Below, piece by piece: positions 8,111 through 18,464 of a stretch of 64,000 bases of DNA; position 1 is the stretch's first letter, and each line of letters opens with the position of its first letter. A program made the translations under genes and the position numbers. The stretch comes from Micrococcales bacterium (GTDB taxonomy: Bacteria > Actinomycetota > Actinomycetes > S36-B12 > GCA-2699445). The notes beneath the pieces are model-generated. The model saw nothing but the letters and a program-made list of their open reading frames with translations, was not told the DNA's origin and made no database searches. The DNA is taken from assembly GCA_002699445.1 (NCBI GenBank), contig PAAU01000041.1:9570-73569 (forward strand), given 5' to 3'.

Positions 8111-8905
8111 TTATGGCGTTCGGCCCGGCGCCTCATTGGGGATCGCTCCACCGTAACGACGGTCGCGACCTGCGTACTGTTCAATCGCTCGCCACAGATG
8201 CCGCCGATCCACATCAGGCCATAACTCTGGGATGAAGATCATCTCCGCATATGCGGACTGCCACAACAAGAAATTACTTATTCGCTGCTCTCCGGAACTA
8301 CGCAGGAAGAGATCAACGTCAGGCATATCGGGTTCATCGAGGTACTGGGCAAACAAGTTCTCATCGATACGCTCTGGGTTGATCATGCCGGCTCGCGCCT
8401 CTTCCGCCAACCGAGCTGCCGCATCGGCTATCTCTGCCCTACCGCCATAGTTCACGCACATAGTTAAGGTCATGACATCGTTGTCATAGGTCATCTCTTC
8501 CGCGACCTCGAGTTCAGAAATAACTGACTTCCACAAACGTGGCCGACGCCCAGCCCAACGAACTCGTACTCCCATTTCGTTCAATTCATCTCGACGCCGG
8601 CGAATAACCTCGCGATTGAATCCCATGAGGAACTTCACCTCGTCGGGAGATCTTTTCCAATTTTCGGTTGAGAATGCGTAGACGCTGACCCACTTCACTC
8701 CCAACTCAATCGCGCCACTTACCAAGTCGTAGAGCGCATGCTCTCCTGCCTCATGACCCCTGGTTCGGGGAAGACCACGTTCTTTCGCCCAACGACCGTT
8801 ACCGTCCATGACTACCGCAATGTGCCTCGGTAGCTGATCTGAAGGGATATCTGGTGGTTGAGCTCCTGAGGGATGTGGCTCGGGCTTGCGGAAACTGTTG
8901 GTCAT
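8111..8905 (-). CDS. uppS: isoprenyl transferase / undecaprenyl-diphosphate synthase
   Basis: [31 protein letters not shown] and [20 protein letters not shown] are cis-prenyltransferase motifs. I set the start at ATG 8905 (MTNSF...), which forms an ATGA overlap with the recO stop. The track ORF extends to 8953. Confidence 0.9.
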   Translation of the reverse strand: MTNSFRKPEPHPSGAQPPDIPSDQLPRHIAVVMDGNGRWAKERGLPRTRGHEAGEHALYDLVSGAIELGVKWVSVYAFSTENWKRSPDEVKFLMGFNREVIRRRRDELNEMGVRVRWAGRRPRLWKSVISELEVAEEMTYDNDVMTLTMCVNYGGRAEIADAAARLAEEARAGMINPERIDENLFAQYLDEPDMPDVDLFLRSSGEQRISNFLLWQSAYAEMIFIPELWPDVDRRHLWRAIEQYAGRDRRYGGAIPNEAPGRTP

Positions 8906-9633
8906 GTTCGCTCTACTAACCGCAACGATCGCAATCCTCGCTCTAGATGCCACTGCAAAAACGCTGCAACTAACGCACTACCTTCTTTACGGTGTCGTTC
9001 TTGGGAAGCTTCAGCAGTCGGCCAGTCTCCGGACAGCAAAGCGCCGAGTAGCTCCAAAGTTTCCGGTCGCGGCGAACTCGCTCCGGGTGGCCTGCAGTTT
9101 CTACAGACTGAACCGCCAGAGGCGAAATGGAACCCTCGATGCGGTCCGATAGCACCGCATCGAGCGCAGGTTGTGAATGAGGGAGACCAGCCGGCAACCG
9201 CAATCGAGCGCAGCAGATATGCGTCAAGAATCAGTCCTGGATCATGGTGCCCGTCAGTCAACGCTCTTAGCCCCGCAACGAGCAAAAGGAACTGTTGCGT
9301 AGCAGGTTCCTTTTCTTCGGCAGTAAACCGTTCGGCTGCCTCTAGCATGGCCGACCCGGTAGTCCAACGCGGATAATCAGCGCACAAAACCGATCCGTGC
9401 GCTTGAACCGATTCAGCCTGTGTGACGGTGTCCAGGGATCGACCTTGATACAACTGGACATCCACGTGGGTGAAGGGCTCCAGCCGGGCTCCAAAGCGAC
9501 TTTTTGATCGCCTCACTCCCTTAGCAACCCCGCGAATCCGACCATTTTCCCTCGACAGCATGGTGATGATGCGATCAACTTCGCCCAAATCATGGGTGCG
9601 CAACACCACGGCTTCGTCCCGATACGTGCGCAT
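8902..9633 (-). CDS. recO: DNA repair protein RecO
   Basis: 243 aa. The N-terminus [54 protein letters not shown] is a typical RecO OB-fold start. A CxxC...CxxC zinc motif is present (CARCG...CRNC). Position in era-recO-uppS synteny supports the call. Confidence 0.9.
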   Translation of the reverse strand: MRTYRDEAVVLRTHDLGEVDRIITMLSRENGRIRGVAKGVRRSKSRFGARLEPFTHVDVQLYQGRSLDTVTQAESVQAHGSVLCADYPRWTTGSAMLEAAERFTAEEKEPATQQFLLLVAGLRALTDGHHDPGLILDAYLLRSIAVAGWSPSFTTCARCGAIGPHRGFHFASGGSVCRNCRPPGASSPRPETLELLGALLSGDWPTAEASQERHRKEGSALVAAFLQWHLERGLRSLRLVERT

Positions 9634-9705
9634 TCAGCCATTATCCCATTGACACGCGCGAAAGCCGGTGAAAGCCGCTCCCAAGAGTGGGATTAGGCTA
9701 AGCGA

Positions 9706-11040
9706 GTGAGCGAAGATCCCGACAGCGAACACCACGCGGGTCGCTGGCGGCGCGTAAGGATTCCTGACACGCTCAGGCCTCCGCCAAAGCCGCAACATAC
9801 GGGCGGCGAAGCTCTGTCGGCTCGCGGCAAGCCAAAGCCGCAATTACCGGTGAGCGATCACGTCCAGCTCATCGCATTGGAACCTCGGTTGCTGCGCCGA
9901 GCTGTGGTCTTACTGCTCGTTATCCTCACCCTTTATCAGCTGGCACTCTGGCTCTTCGGTGCTACCGGCCATTTTCTCTTTCTGATATTGCTCGCTTGGC
10001 TTGGAGCAATTGCCATGGAACCGGCGATCCGCTGGTTCGAACGTCGGGGAACTAGTCGAGCAATCGGCACCTCGATCACAATGTTTATCGGCGTCATCCT
10101 TTTTGGCACGGTGATCGTCATGTTTGGTGGAGTTTTCTCCGCCCAGATTGCTCAATTGGCCCGAAGTCTGCCCAACATCATCAACGAGGTGGTGCTGTGG
10201 GTCAACGGTCAGTTCGATCTCAATATCAACCCTAATGAGATCATTCAGCAATTTAATCTCGACGCCAACATCATCGCGAACTTTGCCAGTGACTTCGCCG
10301 GTGGGATCGTAGAGGCGTTCGGCTCAGTATTCGCAGTGGTCTTCGACCTGCTCACGGTGTTGGTCTTTTCTTGGTACTTGGCCGCCGACAGTCCACGATT
10401 GCGTCGGACCATTGCCTCCTGGCTGCCGCCCAAGCGGCAACGAGTGATGTTGAAGGTGTGGGACATCAGCTTGGCTAAAGCAGGTGGTTTTGTTGCCTCG
10501 AAACTAATTCTGGCGCTGATCTCTGCAGTGGCTCATGCTGCGTTCTTCTGGTTTATTGATCTTCCCTACTGGCTGCCGATGGGCGTATTCGCTGGGTTCA
10601 CCGCCCAGCTGATTCCCATCATCGGAACCTACTTGGGCGTCGCGGCTCCCCTTGTTATTAGTTTGACGGACCAGCCGACTGACGGGATCTGGATCATCGT
10701 CTTCGCCACGATCTACCAACAGATTGAGAACTACTACCTCACCCCTCGCGTTAGTAGGGCCACTATGAACATCCATCCAGCCGTGGCATTAGGGGCAGTA
10801 TTTGCTGGGATTGCGATTTGGGGGCCGATCGGAGCCCTAATTGGTATTCCGATCGCAGCCGCGATCATTGCGGTACTGGATACGTATGGGGAGCGCTACG
10901 AAATTATTGCCGAGATGTCGGAGGAGCCCGCATCCGAGCAGATGGACGAGTCAACGGCTGCTGATCAAGATCTCAGCAAGCAGCAGCCGGACCAGGACAC
11001 TGTAACGGCCGGTAAGTCACGGGATTTGGGCTCAGATTAG
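9706..11040 (+). CDS. AI-2E (PerM/YhhT) family transporter
   Basis: 444-aa polytopic membrane protein whose C-terminal half (ENYYLTPRV..., GALIGIPIAAAI) is typical of the AI-2E family. The GTG start at 9706 is uncertain because the first 60 aa or so are low-complexity. Confidence 0.7.
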   Translation: MSEDPDSEHHAGRWRRVRIPDTLRPPPKPQHTGGEALSARGKPKPQLPVSDHVQLIALEPRLLRRAVVLLLVILTLYQLALWLFGATGHFLFLILLAWLGAIAMEPAIRWFERRGTSRAIGTSITMFIGVILFGTVIVMFGGVFSAQIAQLARSLPNIINEVVLWVNGQFDLNINPNEIIQQFNLDANIIANFASDFAGGIVEAFGSVFAVVFDLLTVLVFSWYLAADSPRLRRTIASWLPPKRQRVMLKVWDISLAKAGGFVASKLILALISAVAHAAFFWFIDLPYWLPMGVFAGFTAQLIPIIGTYLGVAAPLVISLTDQPTDGIWIIVFATIYQQIENYYLTPRVSRATMNIHPAVALGAVFAGIAIWGPIGALIGIPIAAAIIAVLDTYGERYEIIAEMSEEPASEQMDESTAADQDLSKQQPDQDTVTAGKSRDLGSD

Positions 11041-11945
11041 AACCCCAGTCGATTCATCTGCTTGGGATCACGTTGCCAATCTTTGGCGATCTTGACTCTC
11101 AGGTCCAGGTAGACGCGAGTCCCCAACAGTGCCTCTATCCGTTTGCGCGATTCCGTTCCGATACGACGAATTCCCTCACCACGACGTCCTACGACGATGG
11201 CCTTCTGGCTATCTCGCTCGACGAACAGCCACGCATTTATGTCCACCAGCGGATCTGACTCGGCCCGACCCTCACGCTGTTGCATTTCCTCTACTACTAC
11301 CGCAATGGAATGCGGGAGCTCATCTGACATACCGGCCAACGCGACCTCACGAATAATTTCGCCCACGAGTGTCTGCTCAGGTTCTTCCGTGATAACACCG
11401 TCTGGGTACAGCGCCGGACCGTCCGGAAGATCTCGCAATAACAATTCCGTCAGAATCTCCAAGCCCTCGCCAGTCCGCGCGCTGACCGGCACAATTTCAT
11501 CCCAGTCACGCTCGGAATTCTCACCGAGCTCAGCCACTGCCAGAAGTTGAGCCCCAATCCGCTCGCTTCCCACTAAATCAGTCTTGGTCACTACCGCGAT
11601 GCGCCGCCCACGATTGGCACTTGCCGATTCGCGCGCGATCAGCCGATCTCCAGGCCCCGGCTTTTCGTTAACCGGAAAGCATTGCACCATAACGTCAACT
11701 TGGGCCCAGGCTTCCCGTACCTGATCGTTGAGACGTTTACCCAGGAGTGTTCGGGGCTTGTGTAAGCCTGGCGTGTCGACCAAGACAAGTTGAGCGTCCG
11801 GACGATGCACCACGCCTCGAATTACGTGACGTGTTGTTTGCGGACGTTCAGAGGTGATGGCAATTTTCTGGCCGACAAGGGCATTCACTAACGTCGACTT
11901 TCCGACATTTGGTCTTCCCACGACGCAGGCGAAACCAGAACGCAT
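11037..11945 (-). CDS. era: GTPase Era
   Basis: G1 GRPNVGKSTL, G3 DTPG, G4 TKTD, and a C-terminal KH domain. Position in ybeY-corC-era-recO synteny supports the call. Confidence 0.95.
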   Translation of the reverse strand: MRSGFACVVGRPNVGKSTLVNALVGQKIAITSERPQTTRHVIRGVVHRPDAQLVLVDTPGLHKPRTLLGKRLNDQVREAWAQVDVMVQCFPVNEKPGPGDRLIARESASANRGRRIAVVTKTDLVGSERIGAQLLAVAELGENSERDWDEIVPVSARTGEGLEILTELLLRDLPDGPALYPDGVITEEPEQTLVGEIIREVALAGMSDELPHSIAVVVEEMQQREGRAESDPLVDINAWLFVERDSQKAIVVGRRGEGIRRIGTESRKRIEALLGTRVYLDLRVKIAKDWQRDPKQMNRLGF

Positions 11946-11949
11946 AACT

Positions 11950-12279
11950 TCAACTCATTTCATCAATGGTGAGTGGGTTGCCATCACTATCGGCCTGAAT
12001 AACTGTGTGACAGCCAAGTTCGGCGGCGGCGGCGATACCCAGTTTCTCGTTTCCCACAATGGCAAGAGCATCAAGGCGTTCGGCACCGGAAGCGACAGCC
12101 TGCGATACGGCTACCTCGATCGCACTTAATCTCAAGGATGGCAGCGCAACTTCGGCCCCGGTATAGGTCCGTCCAGTGTTGTCTCGGACTGCAGCTCCAG
12201 CGGCAGCTCCCACTCGCGCCAGTGCCGCTCGGGCGAGAACTACCAACTTGTGATCGTCGGGATTCAACTGGACGGTCAC
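11950..12279 (-). CDS. cytidine-deaminase-like small protein lacking the zinc ligands
   Basis: 109 aa, with a GTG start in a GTGA overlap with the corC stop. AAVRDNTGRTYTGAEV resembles the CDA fold. SAIEV replaces (C/H)AE, and no PCxxC is present. It occupies the slot that a CDA-like ORF holds in actinobacterial era operons. Confidence 0.55.
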   Translation of the reverse strand: MTVQLNPDDHKLVVLARAALARVGAAAGAAVRDNTGRTYTGAEVALPSLRLSAIEVAVSQAVASGAERLDALAIVGNEKLGIAAAAELGCHTVIQADSDGNPLTIDEMS

Positions 12280-13595
12280 TGGTTCCCTCCTCTGGCCTCG
12301 GCCTCGTCATCCTCTATCTCTGATGTTTCCGGTGGCGAGGCCACAATTGTGCCAATTCGGTTGCGTCGCCCTTCCGCGGACTCCGCGCGGAGACGCCAGC
12401 CTTGCTCGACGATTTCCGCTCCAGGAATCGGGACTCGACCAAGTCGCAGAGCGATGAGCCCACCTACCGTGTCGACTCCCTCGACATCTGCATCCAAATC
12501 GATATCGGCGGCCTCACCGAAGTGCTCCAAGGAGACTCGCGGGCTCACTCGAAGTTGTCCCTGCGGCAATGACACGATCTCGGGGACCTCCTGATCGTAT
12601 TCGTCGGCAATCTCGCCCACTATTTCCTCGAGGATGTCCTCAATGGTCACTAGCCCCGCGGTACCGCCGAACTCATCGATCACAATCGCGAGATGCTCAC
12701 GATGTGCCTGCATCTCGCGCAACAGGTCATCCACCGGTTTGCTATCGGGAACGAAAGACACGCCACGCATGAGTGACTCCACGCGTTCGGAACGATCTGC
12801 ATCTCGATGTTCAAATAGCCGCTGCACTACGTCCTTTAGGAACATGACCCCGACAACGTCATCTGTCCCTTCGCCAATGACGGGAATTCGAGAGAAGCCA
12901 GATCGTAAAGCGAGCGACTGTGCCTGTCGCAGGGTCTTTCCCCGTTCGATAAAAACCATTTCCGTACGCGGCACCATAACTTGCCGGACAGTGGTGCCAC
13001 CCAGATCGAATACCGAGTGAATCATTCGAGATTCTTGATCTTCGATAAGCGCTGCCTTTTGCGCGGCATCAACGGGCTCGCGCAACTCTGCCTGAGTGCT
13101 GAAGGGTCCAGCTCGGTAACCGCGACCCGGTGTTATCGCGTTACCCACCAGAATAAGTAGTTTCGTCAACGGGCCTAGGACTGCCGTAATCAGTTGAGTC
13201 ACACCCAAGGTCGCCAGAGCAATCCGGGTCGGATGCTGCCGACCTACTGTGCGAGCGGAAACACCGAATAGGACATAGGACAGCAGCCCCATAATCACAG
13301 TGGCTAGGACCAGGACCCATCCGAATGACCAGCTCAGGAGCTCCGCGAGCAGACCGACCACAGCCGCAAAAGCGGTGAGGGCAGTGAAGGTGCCAGCGAG
13401 AAGCAGCGAGTTCACGTAACGCACCGGGTCATCGGCGACAGCTAGCAGCTTTTCTGCGCGACCGTTACCTGCAGCAACCTCTTCCTCGAGTCTGGCTCGT
13501 GACAGTCGAGCAAAAGATGCTTCCGCGGCGGCGAAGAGCCACGCCACCGCGACCAGCACGATGATCAGCAATAGCAGCCAAAACTGCCCACTCAT
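12276..13595 (-). CDS. CNNM/DUF21 - CBS pair - CorC_HlyC hemolysin-family membrane protein
   Basis: 439 aa with four N-terminal TM helices. It then shows VRQVMVPRTEMVFI (CBS), IPVIGEGTDDVVGVMFLKD, and a C-terminal transporter-associated domain. ATGA overlap with the ybeY stop. Confidence 0.85.
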   Translation of the reverse strand: MSGQFWLLLLIIVLVAVAWLFAAAEASFARLSRARLEEEVAAGNGRAEKLLAVADDPVRYVNSLLLAGTFTALTAFAAVVGLLAELLSWSFGWVLVLATVIMGLLSYVLFGVSARTVGRQHPTRIALATLGVTQLITAVLGPLTKLLILVGNAITPGRGYRAGPFSTQAELREPVDAAQKAALIEDQESRMIHSVFDLGGTTVRQVMVPRTEMVFIERGKTLRQAQSLALRSGFSRIPVIGEGTDDVVGVMFLKDVVQRLFEHRDADRSERVESLMRGVSFVPDSKPVDDLLREMQAHREHLAIVIDEFGGTAGLVTIEDILEEIVGEIADEYDQEVPEIVSLPQGQLRVSPRVSLEHFGEAADIDLDADVEGVDTVGGLIALRLGRVPIPGAEIVEQGWRLRAESAEGRRNRIGTIVASPPETSEIEDDEAEARGGNQ

Positions 13596-14128
13596 TCACC
13601 AGCTCCAGACGCCAGTTGCGCTTCGTAGCGCGTCACCAACTCACGCTGACGTCCAAACATTACGATTTCTTCTTCTGGTTCCGCATGATCGTGACCCAGC
13701 AAATGAAGAACGCCATGCGTCAGCAAAATCCGCAACTCATGATCACGACTGTGACCGGCCACGACCGCCTGTCGATCGGCCACCTCCGGGCACAGGACCA
13801 CGTCGCCGATGACCCCCGAAACGGGAGGCTCGTGTGGGGCGGGTTCCCGCAGCCCATCCATGGGCCAACTCAATACATCGGTTGGACCTGGCTCATCCAT
13901 CCATTCCACGTGGAGCGCGGCCATAGCTTCCTCATCCACTAGCGAGATGGAGAGCTCGGCATCCGGCGCCATTCGCAACTCGTCTAGGAGGAAATCAGCT
14001 AGTAGGACGAGATCCGCTACCGACGAATCGTCATCGGTGTCGTTGCTTATGTCAAGATTTCTATCGGATTCGATGGTCACGCTGCTCACTTCGATGATGG
14101 GATTTGGCGCGCTCGTCGTAGCGACCAT
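13592..14128 (-). CDS. ybeY: rRNA maturation endoribonuclease YbeY
   Basis: HGVLHLLGHDH zinc motif and PGPTDVLSWPMD. The start is uncertain: ATG 14128 is chosen, GTG 14089 is possible, and the track ORF extends to 14266. Either start overlaps the phoH 3' end. Confidence 0.85.
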   Translation of the reverse strand: MVATTSAPNPIIEVSSVTIESDRNLDISNDTDDDSSVADLVLLADFLLDELRMAPDAELSISLVDEEAMAALHVEWMDEPGPTDVLSWPMDGLREPAPHEPPVSGVIGDVVLCPEVADRQAVVAGHSRDHELRILLTHGVLHLLGHDHAEPEEEIVMFGRQRELVTRYEAQLASGAGE

Positions 14129-15068
14129 AGGCTTCCACAATTCGCCCGACAAGTTTGTGTCGGACAACATCTTGGGAATCCAGTCGACAAAAAGCAACGT
14201 CTTCGACTCCGGAGAGAATGTTCTCGACCACCCGCAACCCCGACGACTGACCGCCAGGTAAATCAACCTGAGTCACGTCCCCGGTTACCACCATGGTGGA
14301 GCCAAAGCCCAAGCGGGTAAGGAACATCTTCATCTGCTCCGGTGACGTATTTTGGGCTTCATCCAAGATGATAAACGCGTCATTTAGCGTCCGGCCACGC
14401 ATGTAAGCGAGCGGAGCAACTTCAATAGTGCCGCTAGCCATCAAACGTGGGATTGAGTCCGGATCGGTCATATCGTGCAGGGCGTCATACAGAGGCCGAA
14501 GGTATGGGTCGATTTTTTCAATGAGAGTTCCAGGCAAGAATCCCAGCCGCTCACCAGCCTCAACGGCGGGACGCGTCAGAACTATTCGGTTCACTTCTTT
14601 TTCCTGCAACGCCTGCACAGCTTTCGCCACCGCGAGATAGGTCTTTCCGGTACCAGCCGGTCCGATGCCAAAAGTCACAGTGTGGTTGTCGATCGCGTCA
14701 ACGTAATGCTTTTGCCCCAAAGTTTTTGCCCGAATCGTCCGCCCCCGTGAGGACAAAATATTCGCGGTGAGCACGCTGGACGGCTGATCGTGGCCGGACC
14801 GCAGCATGGCAATCGACCGTTCTACAGCATCCGGGCTAAGTGACAGACCGGTATCCAACACGGCCAACATCTCGACAAATACCTGCTCACAGAGCTGAAC
14901 ATCAGGTTCAGCTCCCACAATCGTTAGTAGATTGCCACGGGCATGAATGTCCAAGTCGGGAAATGCGTCCTCAACAACCCGCAGTAGTGAGTCTCCTGAA
15001 CCCAGGAGCGCCACCATTGGCTGGGTATCAGGAACGGTCAATCGCGCTTCGGCGGTCACTGACGCCAT
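14061..15068 (-). CDS. phoH: PhoH-like ATPase
   Basis: Walker A GPAGTGKTYLAVA, ILDEAQN, and VVTGDVTQVDLP. ATG 15068 is preceded by GAGAGGTG. The track begins at GTG 15074. Confidence 0.9.
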   Translation of the reverse strand: MASVTAEARLTVPDTQPMVALLGSGDSLLRVVEDAFPDLDIHARGNLLTIVGAEPDVQLCEQVFVEMLAVLDTGLSLSPDAVERSIAMLRSGHDQPSSVLTANILSSRGRTIRAKTLGQKHYVDAIDNHTVTFGIGPAGTGKTYLAVAKAVQALQEKEVNRIVLTRPAVEAGERLGFLPGTLIEKIDPYLRPLYDALHDMTDPDSIPRLMASGTIEVAPLAYMRGRTLNDAFIILDEAQNTSPEQMKMFLTRLGFGSTMVVTGDVTQVDLPGGQSSGLRVVENILSGVEDVAFCRLDSQDVVRHKLVGRIVEAYGRYDERAKSHHRSEQRDHRIR

Positions 15069-15132
15069 TCGCACCTCTCAATGGGAGTTCCCTAATGGTA
15101 ATGGCGAACCGGCAAGAGTTGCACAAGCACAC

Positions 15133-15474
15133 CTATCCGGCTGGCCAACCGAGCTGCCGACCGCCAAGTACATGCAGATGTACGTGGCGAACACTCTGAC
15201 CACCTTCGTCGCCGGTATTGGTAACAAGCCGGAATCCCTCATGGACTCCCTCCTGCTGAGCGACTGTTGTAGCAGTCTGAACGAAACGTCCAGCCAATTC
15301 CACATCCGCATTTGCCAATTCGGCAATATTTTCGTGATGTTGCACCGGGATGACCAGAATATGGGTGGGTGCGGTGGGGACAATGTCGCGAAAGACGACG
15401 AAATCCTCGTCGCGATAAATCACGTCCGCTGGGATATCTCCCGCTGCGATACCGCAAAACAAACAGTCACTCAT
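15133..15474 (-). CDS. HIT-family (histidine triad) nucleotide hydrolase
   Basis: 113 aa beginning MSDCLFCGI..., with the histidine triad HVHLHVLGG. Confidence 0.9.
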   Translation of the reverse strand: MSDCLFCGIAAGDIPADVIYRDEDFVVFRDIVPTAPTHILVIPVQHHENIAELANADVELAGRFVQTATTVAQQEGVHEGFRLVTNTGDEGGQSVRHVHLHVLGGRQLGWPAG

Positions 15475-15535
15475 TTTCTTAGCCTACTCAAATCGTGTCG
15501 CCAGACGACAGCACGAAACCGGGCACAACCCATGG

Positions 15536-16282
15536 CTAACTCCATCGGCCTGAGCGTGTGGCGACAATTGCTGCAGCCACCACTCCAGCTGTAGAGGTCC
15601 GCAACACCGAATCACCCAGACGAACCGCGTGGGCTCCCGCCTCGACAAACCGACTCACTTCCTCACCCGATAAACCACCTTCGGGTCCAACAATCAGTAG
15701 CAACGTCTTGGCCTCGAGAATCGCAGTCGCCGCGAGCCGGTCGTGCGCCTCCTCATGCAACACCAAAACTTGAGTATCTCCCCCAAATAGATCGATTACC
15801 TCACTTGTTGAATGCAGTTCAGTTACCTGGGGCAGTCGGGCCAATCGAGCCTGTTTACTGGCCGCTTTAGCCACCGAGCGCCATCGTCGGAGTCCCCGCT
15901 CGCGTCGATCTGCCTTCCAAACCGAAATACTTCGTTCGGCCGACCACGGCACTATCCGATCTACCCCACATTCAGTAAGCATCTCGACAGCGGACTCCCC
16001 TCGATCGCCCTTGGCAAGTGCTTGCACTACGGTCAATGACGGCAGAAGTGGATCCTCATCCACCACTGTTTCAATCGACACACTGAATGCTGCTGGCTCG
16101 ATCTCATGCACCGAGCCCCTCACCCGTCGACCCTCACCGTCGACGAGCTCAACACTTTCATGCAACCGGAGGCGCAGCGACCGGATTCCATGTTTGCCTT
16201 CGTCACCAGACACCTCGACATGAGTGCCGGTAACAGCATCACCGAGTGACCCCGGCGGCAACAGAAAGACCGGCGGACTCAT
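15536..16282 (-). CDS. rsmE: 16S rRNA (uracil1498-N3)-methyltransferase RsmE
   Basis: 248 aa. An N-terminal PUA-like region and the SPOUT C-terminus LLIVGPEGGLSGEE...LGDSVLRTSTAG. ATGA overlap with the dnaJ stop. Confidence 0.85.
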   Translation of the reverse strand: MSPPVFLLPPGSLGDAVTGTHVEVSGDEGKHGIRSLRLRLHESVELVDGEGRRVRGSVHEIEPAAFSVSIETVVDEDPLLPSLTVVQALAKGDRGESAVEMLTECGVDRIVPWSAERSISVWKADRRERGLRRWRSVAKAASKQARLARLPQVTELHSTSEVIDLFGGDTQVLVLHEEAHDRLAATAILEAKTLLLIVGPEGGLSGEEVSRFVEAGAHAVRLGDSVLRTSTAGVVAAAIVATRSGRWS

Positions 16283-17397
16283 CTTCCGGAAAACGCGTCC
16301 TTGATTCGTCCAAAGAATGTGGGCTCTTGCTCGATTGGATTTACCGTGATTTTTTCTTCGCCGCGAATGGCAGCCAACTGTTCGAGCAACGCTCGCTGCC
16401 CGGTATCCAGTGACGTTGGGGTCAGAACATCGATGTGGACCACAATGTCGCCTCGTCCCTGGCCCCGCAGATGAGGAACTCCTTGATCCTTCAGAACACG
16501 TTGCGCTCCCGCTTGAGTTCCTGGCTCAATATCAACGATTTGTTCCCCGTCTAAGGTTTCCAGCGGAACGGTCACTCCCAGAGCGGCAGCGGTCATGGGC
16601 ACCGGCAAGGTGCAGTGCAGGTCATCACCTTTGCGGTGAAAAATCGGATGTGCCTTTTCCTGAATCTCTATGTATAAATCCCCCGCCGGGCCGGCTCCAG
16701 GACCAACCTCCCCTTCGCCCGACAACTGAATCCTGGTACCCGATTCCACACCCGGTGGCACTCGGAAAGCCACCGTTCGCTTGGTACGAACTCGACCGTC
16801 GCCGGAGCATTCGTGGCACGGGTTCTGGATAATATTGCCGAAACCTCGGCATTGTGGGCATGCACGCGTGGTCATCACTTGGCCGAGAAAGGAACGCTGC
16901 ACCATCTGCACCTCACCTCGCCCTTTACACATGGTGCAAGAGATGATGTCGGTGTCGGGCGCATTGCCGCGACCCTCGCAGACCGCACAAGCAATGGCTG
17001 TCTCAATGGTGATCTCACGATCTGAACCAAAGACAACCTCATCAAGTTCGACCTCAATTCGCACTAAAGCATCTTGGCCGCGTTGGCTCCGTGGCCTCGG
17101 CCCTCGTGGGCCGTTGTTGCCAAAGAAAGTCTCCATCAAGTCAAAGGGATCGAATCCACCCGACTGGCCTGAGCCTCCCAACGGATCGATCCCGCTGTCG
17201 TAGAGACGACGCTTCTCAGGATCACCCAAAACTTCATAAGCTGCGGTCACCATCTTGAACTGATCTTGCACTTCAGGATCCGGATTCACATCCGGGTGCA
17301 GGTCGCGCGCCAACTGACGATAGGCGCGCTTTATTTCCTGCGCATCGGCGTCCCGAGTCACTCCGAGAATGTCGTAGTAATCAATCTTGTCTGCCAT
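16279..17397 (-). CDS. dnaJ: molecular chaperone DnaJ
   Basis: J-domain DYYDILGV...HPD, four CxxCxGxG zinc-finger repeats (CAVCEGRG, CTMCKGRG, CPQCRGFG, CHECSGDG), and a C-terminal substrate-binding domain. Confidence 0.95.
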   Translation of the reverse strand: MADKIDYYDILGVTRDADAQEIKRAYRQLARDLHPDVNPDPEVQDQFKMVTAAYEVLGDPEKRRLYDSGIDPLGGSGQSGGFDPFDLMETFFGNNGPRGPRPRSQRGQDALVRIEVELDEVVFGSDREITIETAIACAVCEGRGNAPDTDIISCTMCKGRGEVQMVQRSFLGQVMTTRACPQCRGFGNIIQNPCHECSGDGRVRTKRTVAFRVPPGVESGTRIQLSGEGEVGPGAGPAGDLYIEIQEKAHPIFHRKGDDLHCTLPVPMTAAALGVTVPLETLDGEQIVDIEPGTQAGAQRVLKDQGVPHLRGQGRGDIVVHIDVLTPTSLDTGQRALLEQLAAIRGEEKITVNPIEQEPTFFGRIKDAFSGR

Positions 17398-18416
17398 CAC
17401 TGCTCCGAGAGGATCCGACCGAGGTATCGAGCCACTGCTCGCACCGCCGTCATGCTTGTGGGGTAATCCATGCGGGTGGGTCCAACAACGCCCAGATGGG
17501 CGAGTGCTCGATCGCCAGGACCATAGCCTGAGGTCACAACCGAGGTGGTTGTCATATCGGCTACGTCATTCTCCCGACCAATTCGCACATGTACTTGTTC
17601 AACTGCGGTGGCTTCGCCCAGTAGGCGCAACAACACCACCTGTTCCTCCAGAGCTTCAAGAACCGGATGAACTGTCTGAGGGAAGTCACGATCGTATCGA
17701 GCAAGGTTTGCTGCCCCTGCAACCACTACTCGCTCCTCTACCTGGCCACCAGCGGCTTCACCGACTGCACTAAGTAGTCGTGTCACAAGGGCTCGCTCTG
17801 CCGTTGGGAACTTACGGTCAAGACCCGTGACCAGCTCATCAATGTCTTCGAAGGGCTGCTCTGCTAGGACCGTGTTGAGTTGGGTCCGAAGATCGGCAAG
17901 CATCTCGGCAGCGACCGCTGTCGGGAACTCAATCACACGCTGCTCAACGCGCCCAGTATCAGCAATAAGAATCAACAAAACTCTGTGAGAGGAGAGCGAC
18001 ACCAGCTCAATATGTCTCACTCGAGACAAGCCCAATGAGGGGTATTGAACTATGGCAACTTGGCGAGTTAGCTGCGACAGCAGCCGCGTTCCACGCTCCA
18101 CCACATCGTCGAGATCGACCGCACCGTCCAGGAAAGATTGGATGGCTCGGCGTTCTGCTGGTGAGAGAGGCTGGAGATTTGCCAACCTATCCACGAAAAG
18201 GCGGTAACCCTTATCAGTGGGGATACGACCGGCGCTTGTATGGGGTTGAGCGATATAGCCTTCGTCTTCAAGCGCGGCCATATCGTTGCGGATGGTGGCG
18301 GATGACACACCTAAATCATGTCGATCCACGAGCGCCTTTGACCCTACCGGTTCCTCACTAGCCACGAAGTCTTGAACGATTGCCCGCAGGACTGCAAGGC
18401 GACGATCGTCAGTCAT
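17397..18416 (-). CDS. hrcA: heat-inducible transcription repressor HrcA
   Basis: [30 protein letters not shown] is a typical HrcA wHTH N-terminus. ATG 18416 is preceded by GGAAGGAG. A CIRCE element lies about 50 nt upstream. Confidence 0.9.
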   Translation of the reverse strand: MTDDRRLAVLRAIVQDFVASEEPVGSKALVDRHDLGVSSATIRNDMAALEDEGYIAQPHTSAGRIPTDKGYRLFVDRLANLQPLSPAERRAIQSFLDGAVDLDDVVERGTRLLSQLTRQVAIVQYPSLGLSRVRHIELVSLSSHRVLLILIADTGRVEQRVIEFPTAVAAEMLADLRTQLNTVLAEQPFEDIDELVTGLDRKFPTAERALVTRLLSAVGEAAGGQVEERVVVAGAANLARYDRDFPQTVHPVLEALEEQVVLLRLLGEATAVEQVHVRIGRENDVADMTTTSVVTSGYGPGDRALAHLGVVGPTRMDYPTSMTAVRAVARYLGRILSEQ

Positions 18417-18464
18417 ACCTCGCTCCTTCCCCACGACCTTCCCGGACGCTGTTAAACCGTCGGG

